Source of the DNA: Candidatus Zixiibacteriota bacterium
Lineage (GTDB): Bacteria; RBG-13-66-14; B26-G2; WVWN01
Direction: 5' to 3'
NCBI GenBank assembly: GCA_030613505.1
Contig: JAUWLW010000003.1
Span: 41,387 to 105,386 of the forward strand
DNA: 64,000 nt
The notes under the pieces are model-generated. The model worked only from the letters and a program-made list of their open reading frames with translations, was not told the origin of the DNA and ran no database searches. Positions 17,557 to 25,448 of the stretch are shown in pieces. The stretch's first letter is position 1; each line of letters opens with the position of its first letter. The translations under genes and the position numbers were made by a program.

Positions 17557-19894
17557 AAGCCTGCGCGATATCCGGTTGGACAAGCTCGCCCGCCTTCGCG
17601 AGCGAGGGGTCGACCCCTACCCCGTGGCGTCGACGCGAAGCCACGTCATACGCGACGTCACGACGGCCTTCGACGAGCTCGAGGGCAAAGAGGTAGCCGT
17701 CGTGGGCCGCGTCACCGCGCTCCGCCCACACGGCAGGGCCTCCTTCGCCGACGTAACCGACGCCACCGGTAAGATACAGCTGTACTTCAAATCGGACCTG
17801 CTGGGCGAGAGGTACGAGCTCTTCGACCTCCTGGACCTGGGCGACTTCGTGGGCGCCGCGGGTAAAGTTTTTAAGACTAAAACGGGTGAGATCACGATCG
17901 CCGCCGAGGACTTCACGCTCCTGGCCAAAGGGCTCCGCACGCCGCCGGTGGTGAAGACCGAAAAAACGGAAGAGGGCGACGTCACCCACGACGAGTTCGC
18001 CGACCCGGAGAAGCGGTACCGGAAGCGCTACCTCGACGTGATGGTCAACCCGCAGGCGCGGGCCTGCGTCCTCACCCACGCCGAAGTGCTCCGGGCGGCG
18101 CGGCGGTTCATGGCGGAACAGGGCTACGCCGAGATCGAGACCCCCATCCTCCAGCCGCTGTACGGCGGCGCCAACGCCTCCCCGTTCACCACCCGACACC
18201 GCGACCTGGAGATGGACCTCTACCTTCGCATCGCCGACGAGCTCTACCTCAAACGCCTTCTCGTCGCCGGCCTCGAGAAGGTTTACGAAATCGGCAAAGA
18301 CTTCCGCAACGAATCCATCGACCGGACCCACTACCCGGAATTCACCATGCTCGAGGCGTACGAGGCCTTCGGCGACTACCGGACGATGATGGCGCTGACC
18401 CGGGGCCTTATAATCGCCGCCGCGGAAGAGATACGTGGCACGTTGAAGCTGACGTACCAGGGCCGGGAAGTAACCCTCGAGCCACCGTGGGCCCGGGTCT
18501 CGCTGGTCGCGACGTTGAACGAACGGCTGGACGTGGACGTTCTGAATGAAGAGACGCAAACGCTCTCCGACCTTTACGTCCTACATTACCTGAAACGTTA
18601 CGACGAACCACAGCGGGGAAATACTGAAACCAATGAGAAAAAAGCGAGAGAAGCTATGTACGGTGCTTCGCGCGCCAAGGTAATCGACGCGCTTTTTGAC
18701 TTATTAGTGGCTTGCGATATTTGGAACCCGACGTTCGTGGTGGACTACCCGGCGGAACTTTCGCCCCTCGCCAAAAGGCAACCCGACAACCCGGCGCTCG
18801 CAGAGCGCTTCGAGCTATACCTTTGTAATATGGAAATAGCCAACGCCTTTAGCGAGCAAAACGACCCGGCCGAGCAGCGCAAGGCGCTGGAGGCGCAGGC
18901 GGAGGCCGGGGCCGCCGGCGACGAGGAAGCGCAACAGATGGACGAGGACTTCCTGGAGGCGCTCGAGTACGGCATGCCGCCCGCCGGCGGCTTGGGCGTC
19001 GGCATCGACCGCCTCGCGATGATCCTCTCCGATGCCCCCAGCATCCGCGAGGTCATCGCTTTTCCGTGTATAAAAACGGACATTGAACGAGCGGTAACGA
19101 AAGAGGTAGCGCTATCCGAACTGAGGCGACTATATATAGAAATTGTAGGTGAAAGTATCGATAAAGACCCGAATAAAAAATACTTAGAATACAAATATGT
19201 ACCTATGTTAATGGGGATAGTCGTGGGGGTTAAGCGCTCCACAGCGAAAGGAATCGTAGAATACGATTTGCGTTCTGGGATGGTTAACGACCCGCGTTTC
19301 GCGACGAGGAAGTTTAACGAATACCAAAACAAAATAAGAGCATATTTCGGCGACGAATTCCCTAAAGATAAGTTAGATCACTATTTCCAAGAATTTTATA
19401 TTAAGGGAGCCGAAGACGCTGCTATTAAGAATTCGTTATTCGAAATGCACGCGGAGTTAATCGATATCTTAGTATGCGAAGAAAAGATTAGACTTATAGA
19501 AAGGATAACCGTCATAGGAAAACCTATAAGGGCGAAGACTGGTCCCGTATTCGGATTTGGAGTAAAAGGTGCATGGGATATTAAAGTGGGTAAAGTTTAC
19601 TTCGCAGTAACGACCCAGGGAAGGAACGAAACTTCGTTCAGGATATTCCCGGATTTGAAATACTTTGATTCCACAATAAAGTCAGGGACACTTTCTGGGC
19701 TGATAGATTTTACTAAAAAAAGTGAAAAGCTCAAAATAGGTTTACCGATCGAACGAAGTGAACTAGAAGATAAAATTATAGAACTATCCTTAATTTACGA
19801 ACCTATACCTTTCCCGGAAGTCCCGGGACCGCACTCGCTTAGAAAAAAGATAGATAGTATAGATATTACCGAAGACATACTTGCATTATTATAA
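17540..19894 (+). CDS. lysS: Lysine--tRNA ligase (class IIb) fused in frame to a 275-aa non-native C-terminal extension
   Basis: Residues 1-509 form a complete LysRS: OB-fold N-terminus, motif 2 DFRNESIDRTHYPEFTMLE, motif 3 [22 protein letters not shown]. From codon 510 (TGT, 19067) the ORF continues through AT-rich sequence to 19894 instead of ending a few codons after AFP. Confidence 0.9.
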   Translation: MTEETKSLRDIRLDKLARLRERGVDPYPVASTRSHVIRDVTTAFDELEGKEVAVVGRVTALRPHGRASFADVTDATGKIQLYFKSDLLGERYELFDLLDLGDFVGAAGKVFKTKTGEITIAAEDFTLLAKGLRTPPVVKTEKTEEGDVTHDEFADPEKRYRKRYLDVMVNPQARACVLTHAEVLRAARRFMAEQGYAEIETPILQPLYGGANASPFTTRHRDLEMDLYLRIADELYLKRLLVAGLEKVYEIGKDFRNESIDRTHYPEFTMLEAYEAFGDYRTMMALTRGLIIAAAEEIRGTLKLTYQGREVTLEPPWARVSLVATLNERLDVDVLNEETQTLSDLYVLHYLKRYDEPQRGNTETNEKKAREAMYGASRAKVIDALFDLLVACDIWNPTFVVDYPAELSPLAKRQPDNPALAERFELYLCNMEIANAFSEQNDPAEQRKALEAQAEAGAAGDEEAQQMDEDFLEALEYGMPPAGGLGVGIDRLAMILSDAPSIREVIAFPCIKTDIERAVTKEVALSELRRLYIEIVGESIDKDPNKKYLEYKYVPMLMGIVVGVKRSTAKGIVEYDLRSGMVNDPRFATRKFNEYQNKIRAYFGDEFPKDKLDHYFQEFYIKGAEDAAIKNSLFEMHAELIDILVCEEKIRLIERITVIGKPIRAKTGPVFGFGVKGAWDIKVGKVYFAVTTQGRNETSFRIFPDLKYFDSTIKSGTLSGLIDFTKKSEKLKIGLPIERSELEDKIIELSLIYEPIPFPEVPGPHSLRKKIDSIDITEDILALL
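18972..19066 (+). repeat. Left copy of the 95-bp imperfect direct repeat (lysS 3' end)
   Basis: 84/95 nt identical to 20760..20854 by hand alignment. Encodes [31 protein letters not shown]. Confidence 0.9.
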
Positions 19895-20759
19895 TACTAG
19901 CGATCTTCCTAGCCTATGCTCCTAACATCCGAGAGGTAATAGCCTTCGCGTAACTGCGGGTTAAATAATATTAACGGTAAAATATGGTTTGGAATATAGA
20001 TAAAATATGGCCTTGGGCCGTTGGATATATATGCATTATTGGTTGCGTAATAATATTCCGTCTTATATCTAATCGGAGAAAACTTAGGACGGGCGCCGGT
20101 AAAAAACCAACGTCGGAAGTTGAACGGAAAATATTCAATTTCCAAGAATTCCTTCTATCATTAGCGATATTCGGATTAATCCTCAATTTTTACAGCCTCG
20201 AACTTAATAGGATTAATACCGAGAAAAATTTGGAAAACTATGAGGTAACTAATAGACCATATATCTTTATTAGGAAAATTAACGGCAAATTAGATAAAAC
20301 TACGAATGTTTTAAACTGTAGAGTCGCGATAATTAACACAGGTTCTGTACCGAGTTTGAATACTAAAATCACTGGCAAGGTTTTTTTTGGTGATGAATCC
20401 TACGAAAGCAAAGATAAACCAGGTTATTCAGCGATTTATCCGGAATCCTTAGTCTGGACCAGGTTCGGTTTTCCCGTTGATCCAGTAAAACCCGTTAAAA
20501 TCGTTAATAAAGTGACTTATTCCGATTACCGCGGGTATTTATACGAATACGAAGTCCATATTAGATATAATCGCGAGTTCCATAGTTTCACGTTCGAGAA
20601 ATCTGACGAGACTATTACTAAACCTCAATTACCTAATTAAAAAGCCCGCGTATTATTTCGGGAGTAAGACGTAGGGAATTAAAGGGTAAGATCGCCGGCA
20701 GTAAGAAAGGTTAATGGGCTTCGTAAAGGTACTCATTTGGCCTGCTATAATATTCTCCA
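19067..20759. mobile_element. AT-rich ~1.7-kb insertion in the lysS 3' end (no integrase or transposase seen; mechanism unknown)
   Basis: Sharp composition break: hand counts of single 60-nt lines give 20/60 G+C (19381-19440) and 15/60 (20221-20280), versus 45/60 at 18961-19020. The segment is bounded exactly by the two repeat copies. Confidence 0.7.
19984..20640 (+). CDS. Hypothetical 2-TM membrane protein (island cargo)
   Basis: 218-aa AT-rich ORF. Hydrophobic helices WPWAVGYICIIGCVIIF and FLLSLAIFGLILNFY are followed by a ~140-aa soluble domain. No family recognised. Confidence 0.5.
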   Translation: MVWNIDKIWPWAVGYICIIGCVIIFRLISNRRKLRTGAGKKPTSEVERKIFNFQEFLLSLAIFGLILNFYSLELNRINTEKNLENYEVTNRPYIFIRKINGKLDKTTNVLNCRVAIINTGSVPSLNTKITGKVFFGDESYESKDKPGYSAIYPESLVWTRFGFPVDPVKPVKIVNKVTYSDYRGYLYEYEVHIRYNREFHSFTFEKSDETITKPQLPN

Positions 20760-20854
20760 GCATGCCGCCCGCCGGCGGCCTGGGCGTCGGCGTCGACCGC
20801 GTCGCGATGATCCTGGCCGACGCGTCCAACATCCGCGAGGTCATCGCGTTCCCG
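20760..20854 (+). repeat. Right copy of the 95-bp imperfect direct repeat
   Basis: Encodes [31 protein letters not shown]. The sequence then continues QLRVKK-stop, the expected LysRS ending. Confidence 0.9.
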
Positions 20855-20875
20855 CAGCTTAGGGTAAAAAAGTGA
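20762..20875 (+). pseudogene. Displaced native 3' end of lysS (last 37 codons plus TGA)
   Basis: GC-rich fragment [37 protein letters not shown]. It is a motif-3-to-terminus piece of a class II LysRS with no upstream catalytic core. Confidence 0.8.
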
Positions 20876-20899
20876 CGGCTATCTTCTCGCAATAGGCTA

Positions 20900-21613
20900 A
20901 TGTTTTCGTATACCGCCGCCATGGAAGGAATAGAAATCCCCACCCGCGAGCTCGTCTTAGGGCTCGTCGGCGTATACAACCGGGCGCACTGGCCCGCGGC
21001 GGCCTTCGGCGCCGTCGTCGCGTTGGCCGCGGCCGCGTTCGTATTGGCCAGGCCCGGCGCCTTCAGCGACTTAATAGTTAAAATTCTGCTCAACGTGTTG
21101 TGGCTCTGGACCGCCATTATCTTCTTTTGGGGCCGCTTCGCGCCCGATTTCCACGTCGCCTATCTCTTCGCCTTCGCCTTCATACTACAGGGCACTTTTT
21201 TCTTTATGGACGCCTTCTTCGGAACGTTGGAATTCCGACCTTTTAAAAGTCCCGCCACGCTATTAATAGGGTGTTCGTTGATCGGCGTGGCCGGAATCTT
21301 ACACCCTATTATTTCGACCTGGCTCGGCCGCGGTTGGCCCGAGCTGAGGCTCGTAGGCACCGCGCCGGGGCCCACCGCGGCATTTACGTTGGCCCTACTC
21401 ACTTTCACGCTCCATAAGCCGAGGCCGCTATTTTTCGTGGTCCCCGCGGCCTGGGCGCTAATCGCCGGCCTTTGCGTCGCCGAGGCCTGGCACTTTTACG
21501 AGGAATTAATCCTGGCCGGCGTCGCGGCCGCGGTTATACTTTATTTCGTAGCCGCCTTATGGCGAACGCTGCCCGTACGCGAATCTAAACCCGCCGGAGG
21601 AGCTACCCCATGA
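20900..21613 (+). CDS. Polytopic membrane protein, paralog 1 (family not confidently named)
   Basis: ~6 hydrophobic helices. Shares ARPG..SD, LEFRPF/IEFRPY and GWPEL motifs with the next gene. Confidence 0.6.
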   Translation: MFSYTAAMEGIEIPTRELVLGLVGVYNRAHWPAAAFGAVVALAAAAFVLARPGAFSDLIVKILLNVLWLWTAIIFFWGRFAPDFHVAYLFAFAFILQGTFFFMDAFFGTLEFRPFKSPATLLIGCSLIGVAGILHPIISTWLGRGWPELRLVGTAPGPTAAFTLALLTFTLHKPRPLFFVVPAAWALIAGLCVAEAWHFYEELILAGVAAAVILYFVAALWRTLPVRESKPAGGATP

Positions 21614-22257
21614 CAAGCGCAGAGGCATTTACATCCTTCCTCGCGGAATTCAACCGCGCCGTCTTTCCGGCGCATATCCTCTTCTACCTGCTGGCGATAG
21701 GCGCGGCGTTCCTCGTCTTCGCGCGCCCCGGCAAGTGGTCCGACGTCGCCGCGAAAGGCGTCCTGGCGGTCCTTTGGGCCTGGCTCGGCATCTTCTACAT
21801 GATAACGTTTTACACGCGGATAAATTCCGCCGGCTACGCCTGGGGCGCGCTATTCCTCCTGCAGGCGGCATTTTTCGCCGTCGAAATCTTTTGGCCCAAG
21901 ATCGAATTCCGGCCGTACTTTCACCCGAAGCTCGGCCACATCGGCGCGACCGTCGCCGGGTGGTCGCTGGTGGGGTACCCCATAACGGCGCTGATATTCA
22001 AACACGGGTGGCCCGAGCTCGCGCTCTTCGGCTGCGCGGCGCCGGTAGCGATATTCACGTGCGGGATGCTGCTCTTCACCTTCGACCGCAAACCGCGCTG
22101 GCGCTTCACGTTCATACCGTTCCTGTGGTCCGTCGTGGGCGGCCTCGGACCCGCGGTGCAGTGGCGCTACTTCGAAGATTACGCCCTCTTCGCCGCCGGC
22201 CTTATATTGCTCGCCGCGTGGATATGGGCTTCTTACAAATACAAGAAAAAGAAATAG
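21610..22257 (+). CDS. Polytopic membrane protein, paralog 2
   Basis: 4-nt ATGA overlap with paralog 1. Collinear similarity: FNRAVFPAHI, ARPGKWSD, IEFRPYF, HGWPELALFG. Confidence 0.6.
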   Translation: MTSAEAFTSFLAEFNRAVFPAHILFYLLAIGAAFLVFARPGKWSDVAAKGVLAVLWAWLGIFYMITFYTRINSAGYAWGALFLLQAAFFAVEIFWPKIEFRPYFHPKLGHIGATVAGWSLVGYPITALIFKHGWPELALFGCAAPVAIFTCGMLLFTFDRKPRWRFTFIPFLWSVVGGLGPAVQWRYFEDYALFAAGLILLAAWIWASYKYKKKK

Positions 22258-22326
22258 GACCTTGCGCGAATTCGAAAAAGGAAACGTAACCCAAAACGAA
22301 ACGTACGCGGGGACGCCGACCGACCT

Positions 22327-23295
22327 ATGAACCACCTCCCTATAATTACAGCCACGCTGGCGGCCGCCCTCGCGGCAACGTCCGCGGCGACGTACGTATA
22401 CGAAGGGCAATGGGGCCGGTTGGGTACGGGCCACGGCGCGTTCACGGAGGTCTCCGGCGTCGCCGTGGCGCCGAACGGAAACGTCTACGTCTCCGACCAG
22501 GGTAACAATTGCATCCAATACTTTACGGCCGGCGGCAGCTTCCTCGGCAAGTGGGGGACGGCCGGTACGGAGCCGGGGCAATTCAACAGGCCGTTCGGCG
22601 TGGCGGTCGCGCCAAAAGGAAGGGTATACGTCGCCGATACGCGTAACGACCGCATACAATACTTCACCGCGACCGGCAGCTACCTCGGCCGATGGGGCCG
22701 GCCTGGGTCGGGGGCGGGAGAGTTCGATAGACCCCGGGGCATCGCGGTTGCACGTAGCGGGAACGTCTTCGTCGCCGACGCCGAGAACGACCGCGTACAA
22801 CGGTTCACCGCCAACGGCGGTTACTTGGGGAAGTGGGGTCACAGCGGTAAACGCGACGGCCAGTTCGACTTCCCCGCCGACGTCGCGCTCGCGCCCGACG
22901 GCCGGGCGTACGTGGCGGACGCCGGGAACGCGCGGGTCCAATATTTTACGGCGTTCGGGACGTTTCTGGGTAAATGGGGCTCGTGGGGCTACGGCAAAGG
23001 CCAATTCTTCTTCCCGAAAAATATAACCGTTTCGGCCGACGAACGGGTATTCGTGACGGAGGATTTCAACCACCGCGCCCAGTATTTTACGACGAGCGGC
23101 AGTTTTCTTGGAATGTGGGGCTCGCTCGGAAAGGGCGAAGGAGAATTCAACGAGCCGCGGGGCGTCGCGACGTTTAATAACGGCAAACGCGTCTACACCG
23201 CGGACAGGTGGAACGACCGCGTCCAGTATTTCCGGCGCGTGGAATACGACATCGAGCCGTGCTCGCTCGGGCGCGTCAAAGCGCTCTTCGAATAA
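22327..23295 (+). CDS. Secreted NHL-repeat beta-propeller protein, copy 1
   Basis: Signal peptide, then six units of the type GQFNRPFGVAVAPKGRVYVADTRNDRIQYFT. C-terminus EPCSLGRVKALFE. Confidence 0.85.
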   Translation: MNHLPIITATLAAALAATSAATYVYEGQWGRLGTGHGAFTEVSGVAVAPNGNVYVSDQGNNCIQYFTAGGSFLGKWGTAGTEPGQFNRPFGVAVAPKGRVYVADTRNDRIQYFTATGSYLGRWGRPGSGAGEFDRPRGIAVARSGNVFVADAENDRVQRFTANGGYLGKWGHSGKRDGQFDFPADVALAPDGRAYVADAGNARVQYFTAFGTFLGKWGSWGYGKGQFFFPKNITVSADERVFVTEDFNHRAQYFTTSGSFLGMWGSLGKGEGEFNEPRGVATFNNGKRVYTADRWNDRVQYFRRVEYDIEPCSLGRVKALFE

Positions 23296-23391
23296 CGGAC
23301 ATCATCACCTCTTCCGTTAGGAACAAACGGCGAGTACGATTATTAACGGGACCGTACGACGGTCTCACCGCTTACCCGGGGAGGTTCGAAT

Positions 23392-24369
23392 ATGAGAATA
23401 GGAATTGCGACGGCGGCCGTATTACTAGCCACGACAGCGGCGTTCGCCGACTTCGCGTACGAAGGGAAGTGGGGCGCGCAAGGGACCGGCGAAGGGCAGT
23501 TCGACCACCCGTGGGACGTCGCCGTTGCGCCCGGCGGCCGGGTTTTCGTCGTCGACCGCCACAACCACCGCGTCCAGTACTTCACGCCTACCGGGAGTTA
23601 CCGCGGGAAGTGGGGCTCGTACGGCACCGGCGCCGGCAAGTTCCGCTTTCCCTCCGGGATCGCCGCCTCGGCGACCCGCGTGTACGCGGGCGATTCGCTG
23701 AACCACCGGATACAATACTTCACAAGCGCGGGGAGTTTCCTGGCATCTTGGGGCGCCGCCGGGACGGGCGAGGGACAATTCAATAAGCCGCTGGGGGTAG
23801 CCCTGGCGCCGAACGGCAACGTATACGTCGTGGACGCCGGCAATTACCGCGTCCAGTACTTTTCGCCGGCGGGGAGCTTCCTGGGCAGTTGGGGCGCGCG
23901 GGGCAGCGGCCAGGGCCAATTCGACGACCCACAAGGGATAGCGGTAGGCGAAAACGGCAACGTTTACGTCGCGGACGCCGGCAATCACCACGTCCAGCGG
24001 TTTACTTCGGGCGGGAGCTACGTGCGGTCGTGGGGCACGCGTGGAACCGGCGACGGCCAATTCAATACGCCGTGCGGCGTCGCGGTCGGCCCGGAAGGCA
24101 ACATATACGTCGTCGATTGCTACAACCACCGCATCCAGTACTTTACGCCGACGGGTAGTTTCCTCGGCAAGTGGGGCTCCTTCGGCACCGGCGACGGCCA
24201 ACTCAATTACGCGTGGGGCGTCGCCGCGACGCGGTGGAGCCGCGGTGATACGTCGACGGTACGAGTATACGTCGCGGATACCAACAACAACCGCGTGCAA
24301 TATTTTAAGGACGGCCTGCCCGCGGTCGAGCCGACGTCGTTGGGGCGCGTAAAAGGGCTTTTCAAATAA
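23392..24369 (+). CDS. Secreted NHL-repeat beta-propeller protein, copy 2
   Basis: Signal peptide MRIGIATAAVLLATTAAFA and six NHL units. C-terminus EPTSLGRVKGLFK. Confidence 0.85.
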   Translation: MRIGIATAAVLLATTAAFADFAYEGKWGAQGTGEGQFDHPWDVAVAPGGRVFVVDRHNHRVQYFTPTGSYRGKWGSYGTGAGKFRFPSGIAASATRVYAGDSLNHRIQYFTSAGSFLASWGAAGTGEGQFNKPLGVALAPNGNVYVVDAGNYRVQYFSPAGSFLGSWGARGSGQGQFDDPQGIAVGENGNVYVADAGNHHVQRFTSGGSYVRSWGTRGTGDGQFNTPCGVAVGPEGNIYVVDCYNHRIQYFTPTGSFLGKWGSFGTGDGQLNYAWGVAATRWSRGDTSTVRVYVADTNNNRVQYFKDGLPAVEPTSLGRVKGLFK

Positions 24370-24466
24370 ATCGCGTAACGGACCTGACGGCAACTTCCTA
24401 ACACGGCTCCGGTTCGGGACGGCGTTCGCGCCGAGCCGGTAATCACATCTGAACAAAGGACGGAAA

Positions 24467-25432
24467 ATGAAACGAGTATCGATACTAGCCGCTCTCTCAA
24501 TTTGTATCGCCGCGGCCGCCTCCGCCGATTTTAAATACGCCGGCCAGTGGGGCTCGCCCGGTACCGCCGCGGGCGAATTCAACGCGCCGACGGGGATAGC
24601 GGTCGCGCCCAACGGCAACGTCTACGTCGCCGACGAGTTCAACCATCGCATCCAATACTTCACCGCCGCCGGCAGCTTCCTCGGCCGGTGGGGTTCGCGC
24701 GGCTCCGGTAAGGGTGAGTTTATCTACCCCGCCGACGTGGCGGTGGCGCCCAACGGCAACGTCTACGTCGCCGACTTCGACAACAATCGGATCCAGTACT
24801 TCAAACCGAACGGCACGTTCGTGGGCAAGTGGGGCGAGTACGGCATCTTGCCGCGGTTCTTCAATAAGCCGCACGGCGTCGCCGTAGCGCGCAACGGCAA
24901 CGTCTACGTGGCGGATACCTATAACAATCGCGCGCAGTACTTCACTCGAGCCGGCAGCTTCCTGGGCTCCTGGGGCACTAAAGGCGCCGCCGACGGCCAA
25001 TTCGACCAACCCATTAGCATCGCCGTCGCGCCCCACGGCAACGTCTACGTCGCGGACCGGCTCAACAACCGGGTGCAGTACTTCGACGCCAAGGGCGCCT
25101 TCCTCGGTAAATGGGGCACGAAGGGCTTCGGCTGGGGACAATTCGAGTACCCCTCGGCTATAGCGGCCAGCCCCGACTACCGCATCTACGTCACCGATTA
25201 CTCCTGGCACCACGTCCAGTATTTTACGGCGTCCGGCAGCTTCCTCGGCAAATGGGGAGGCCAAGGGACGCTCAACGGCGAATTCAACTTCCCCGACGGC
25301 ATCGCCATTTCGCCGGCGGGTACGAAGGCGTACGTGGCCGACTCCGGCAATAACCGCATTCAGTACTTCAAGCGCGTCGAGCCCGCCGTCGCGCCTACGT
25401 CGCTTGGGCGCGTGAAGGCGCTGTTTAAATAA
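24467..25432 (+). CDS. Secreted NHL-repeat beta-propeller protein, copy 3
   Basis: Signal peptide MKRVSILAALSICIAAAASA and six NHL units. C-terminus APTSLGRVKALFK. Confidence 0.85.
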   Translation: MKRVSILAALSICIAAAASADFKYAGQWGSPGTAAGEFNAPTGIAVAPNGNVYVADEFNHRIQYFTAAGSFLGRWGSRGSGKGEFIYPADVAVAPNGNVYVADFDNNRIQYFKPNGTFVGKWGEYGILPRFFNKPHGVAVARNGNVYVADTYNNRAQYFTRAGSFLGSWGTKGAADGQFDQPISIAVAPHGNVYVADRLNNRVQYFDAKGAFLGKWGTKGFGWGQFEYPSAIAASPDYRIYVTDYSWHHVQYFTASGSFLGKWGGQGTLNGEFNFPDGIAISPAGTKAYVADSGNNRIQYFKRVEPAVAPTSLGRVKALFK

Positions 25433-25448
25433 TAATTAAACTAACGCT

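Noticed and set aside
17396-18559. 387-aa minus-strand ORF opposite lysS. Similar long antisense ORFs lie at 5188..6135, 28601..29813, 35667..36698, 56092..57931 and 61150..62086.
   Set aside because: Each overlaps a confidently identified gene on the other strand (lysS, gcvPA, clpC, the creD-like gene, por, the MFP gene). Each has Arg/Val/Gly-biased composition and no recognisable domains.
19064-19894. Intein in LysRS (a Cys immediately follows ...IAFP)
   Set aside because: There is no C-terminal His-Asn plus Cys/Ser/Thr junction and no recognisable Hint or homing-endonuclease blocks. The extension runs to a stop rather than back into LysRS. The missing LysRS end sits in a separate duplicated fragment.
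19067-20759. Classical integrative element, prophage remnant or IS
   Set aside because: I could find no integrase, recombinase or transposase ORF and no terminal inverted repeats. I therefore report it only as an insertion of unknown mechanism.
18972-20854. Diversity-generating retroelement (template/variable repeat pair) as an explanation for the imperfect repeats
   Set aside because: The 11 mismatches are of mixed types (T/C, A/G, C/G, G/T and others) and are not confined to adenines of one copy. No reverse transcriptase gene lies between or near the repeats.
18745-21117. Similar peptides in two minus-strand ORFs (18745..19332 ...AMTSRMLGASERIIARRSMPTPKPPAGGM...; 20653..21117 ...[29 protein letters not shown]...), which could suggest a duplicated antisense gene
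   Set aside because: The similarity is the reverse-strand image of the 95-bp lysS repeat. The plus-strand reading is bona fide LysRS motif 3, so these ORFs are not genes.
21850-25264. Long minus-strand ORFs (21850..23073, 407 aa; 23425..24618, 397 aa; 24497..25264, 255 aa) opposite the membrane-protein and NHL genes
   Set aside because: These are antisense shadows typical of high-GC DNA. They are Arg/Pro/Gly/Ala-rich, low in complexity and lack motifs. The plus-strand products have clear signal peptides and NHL repeats.
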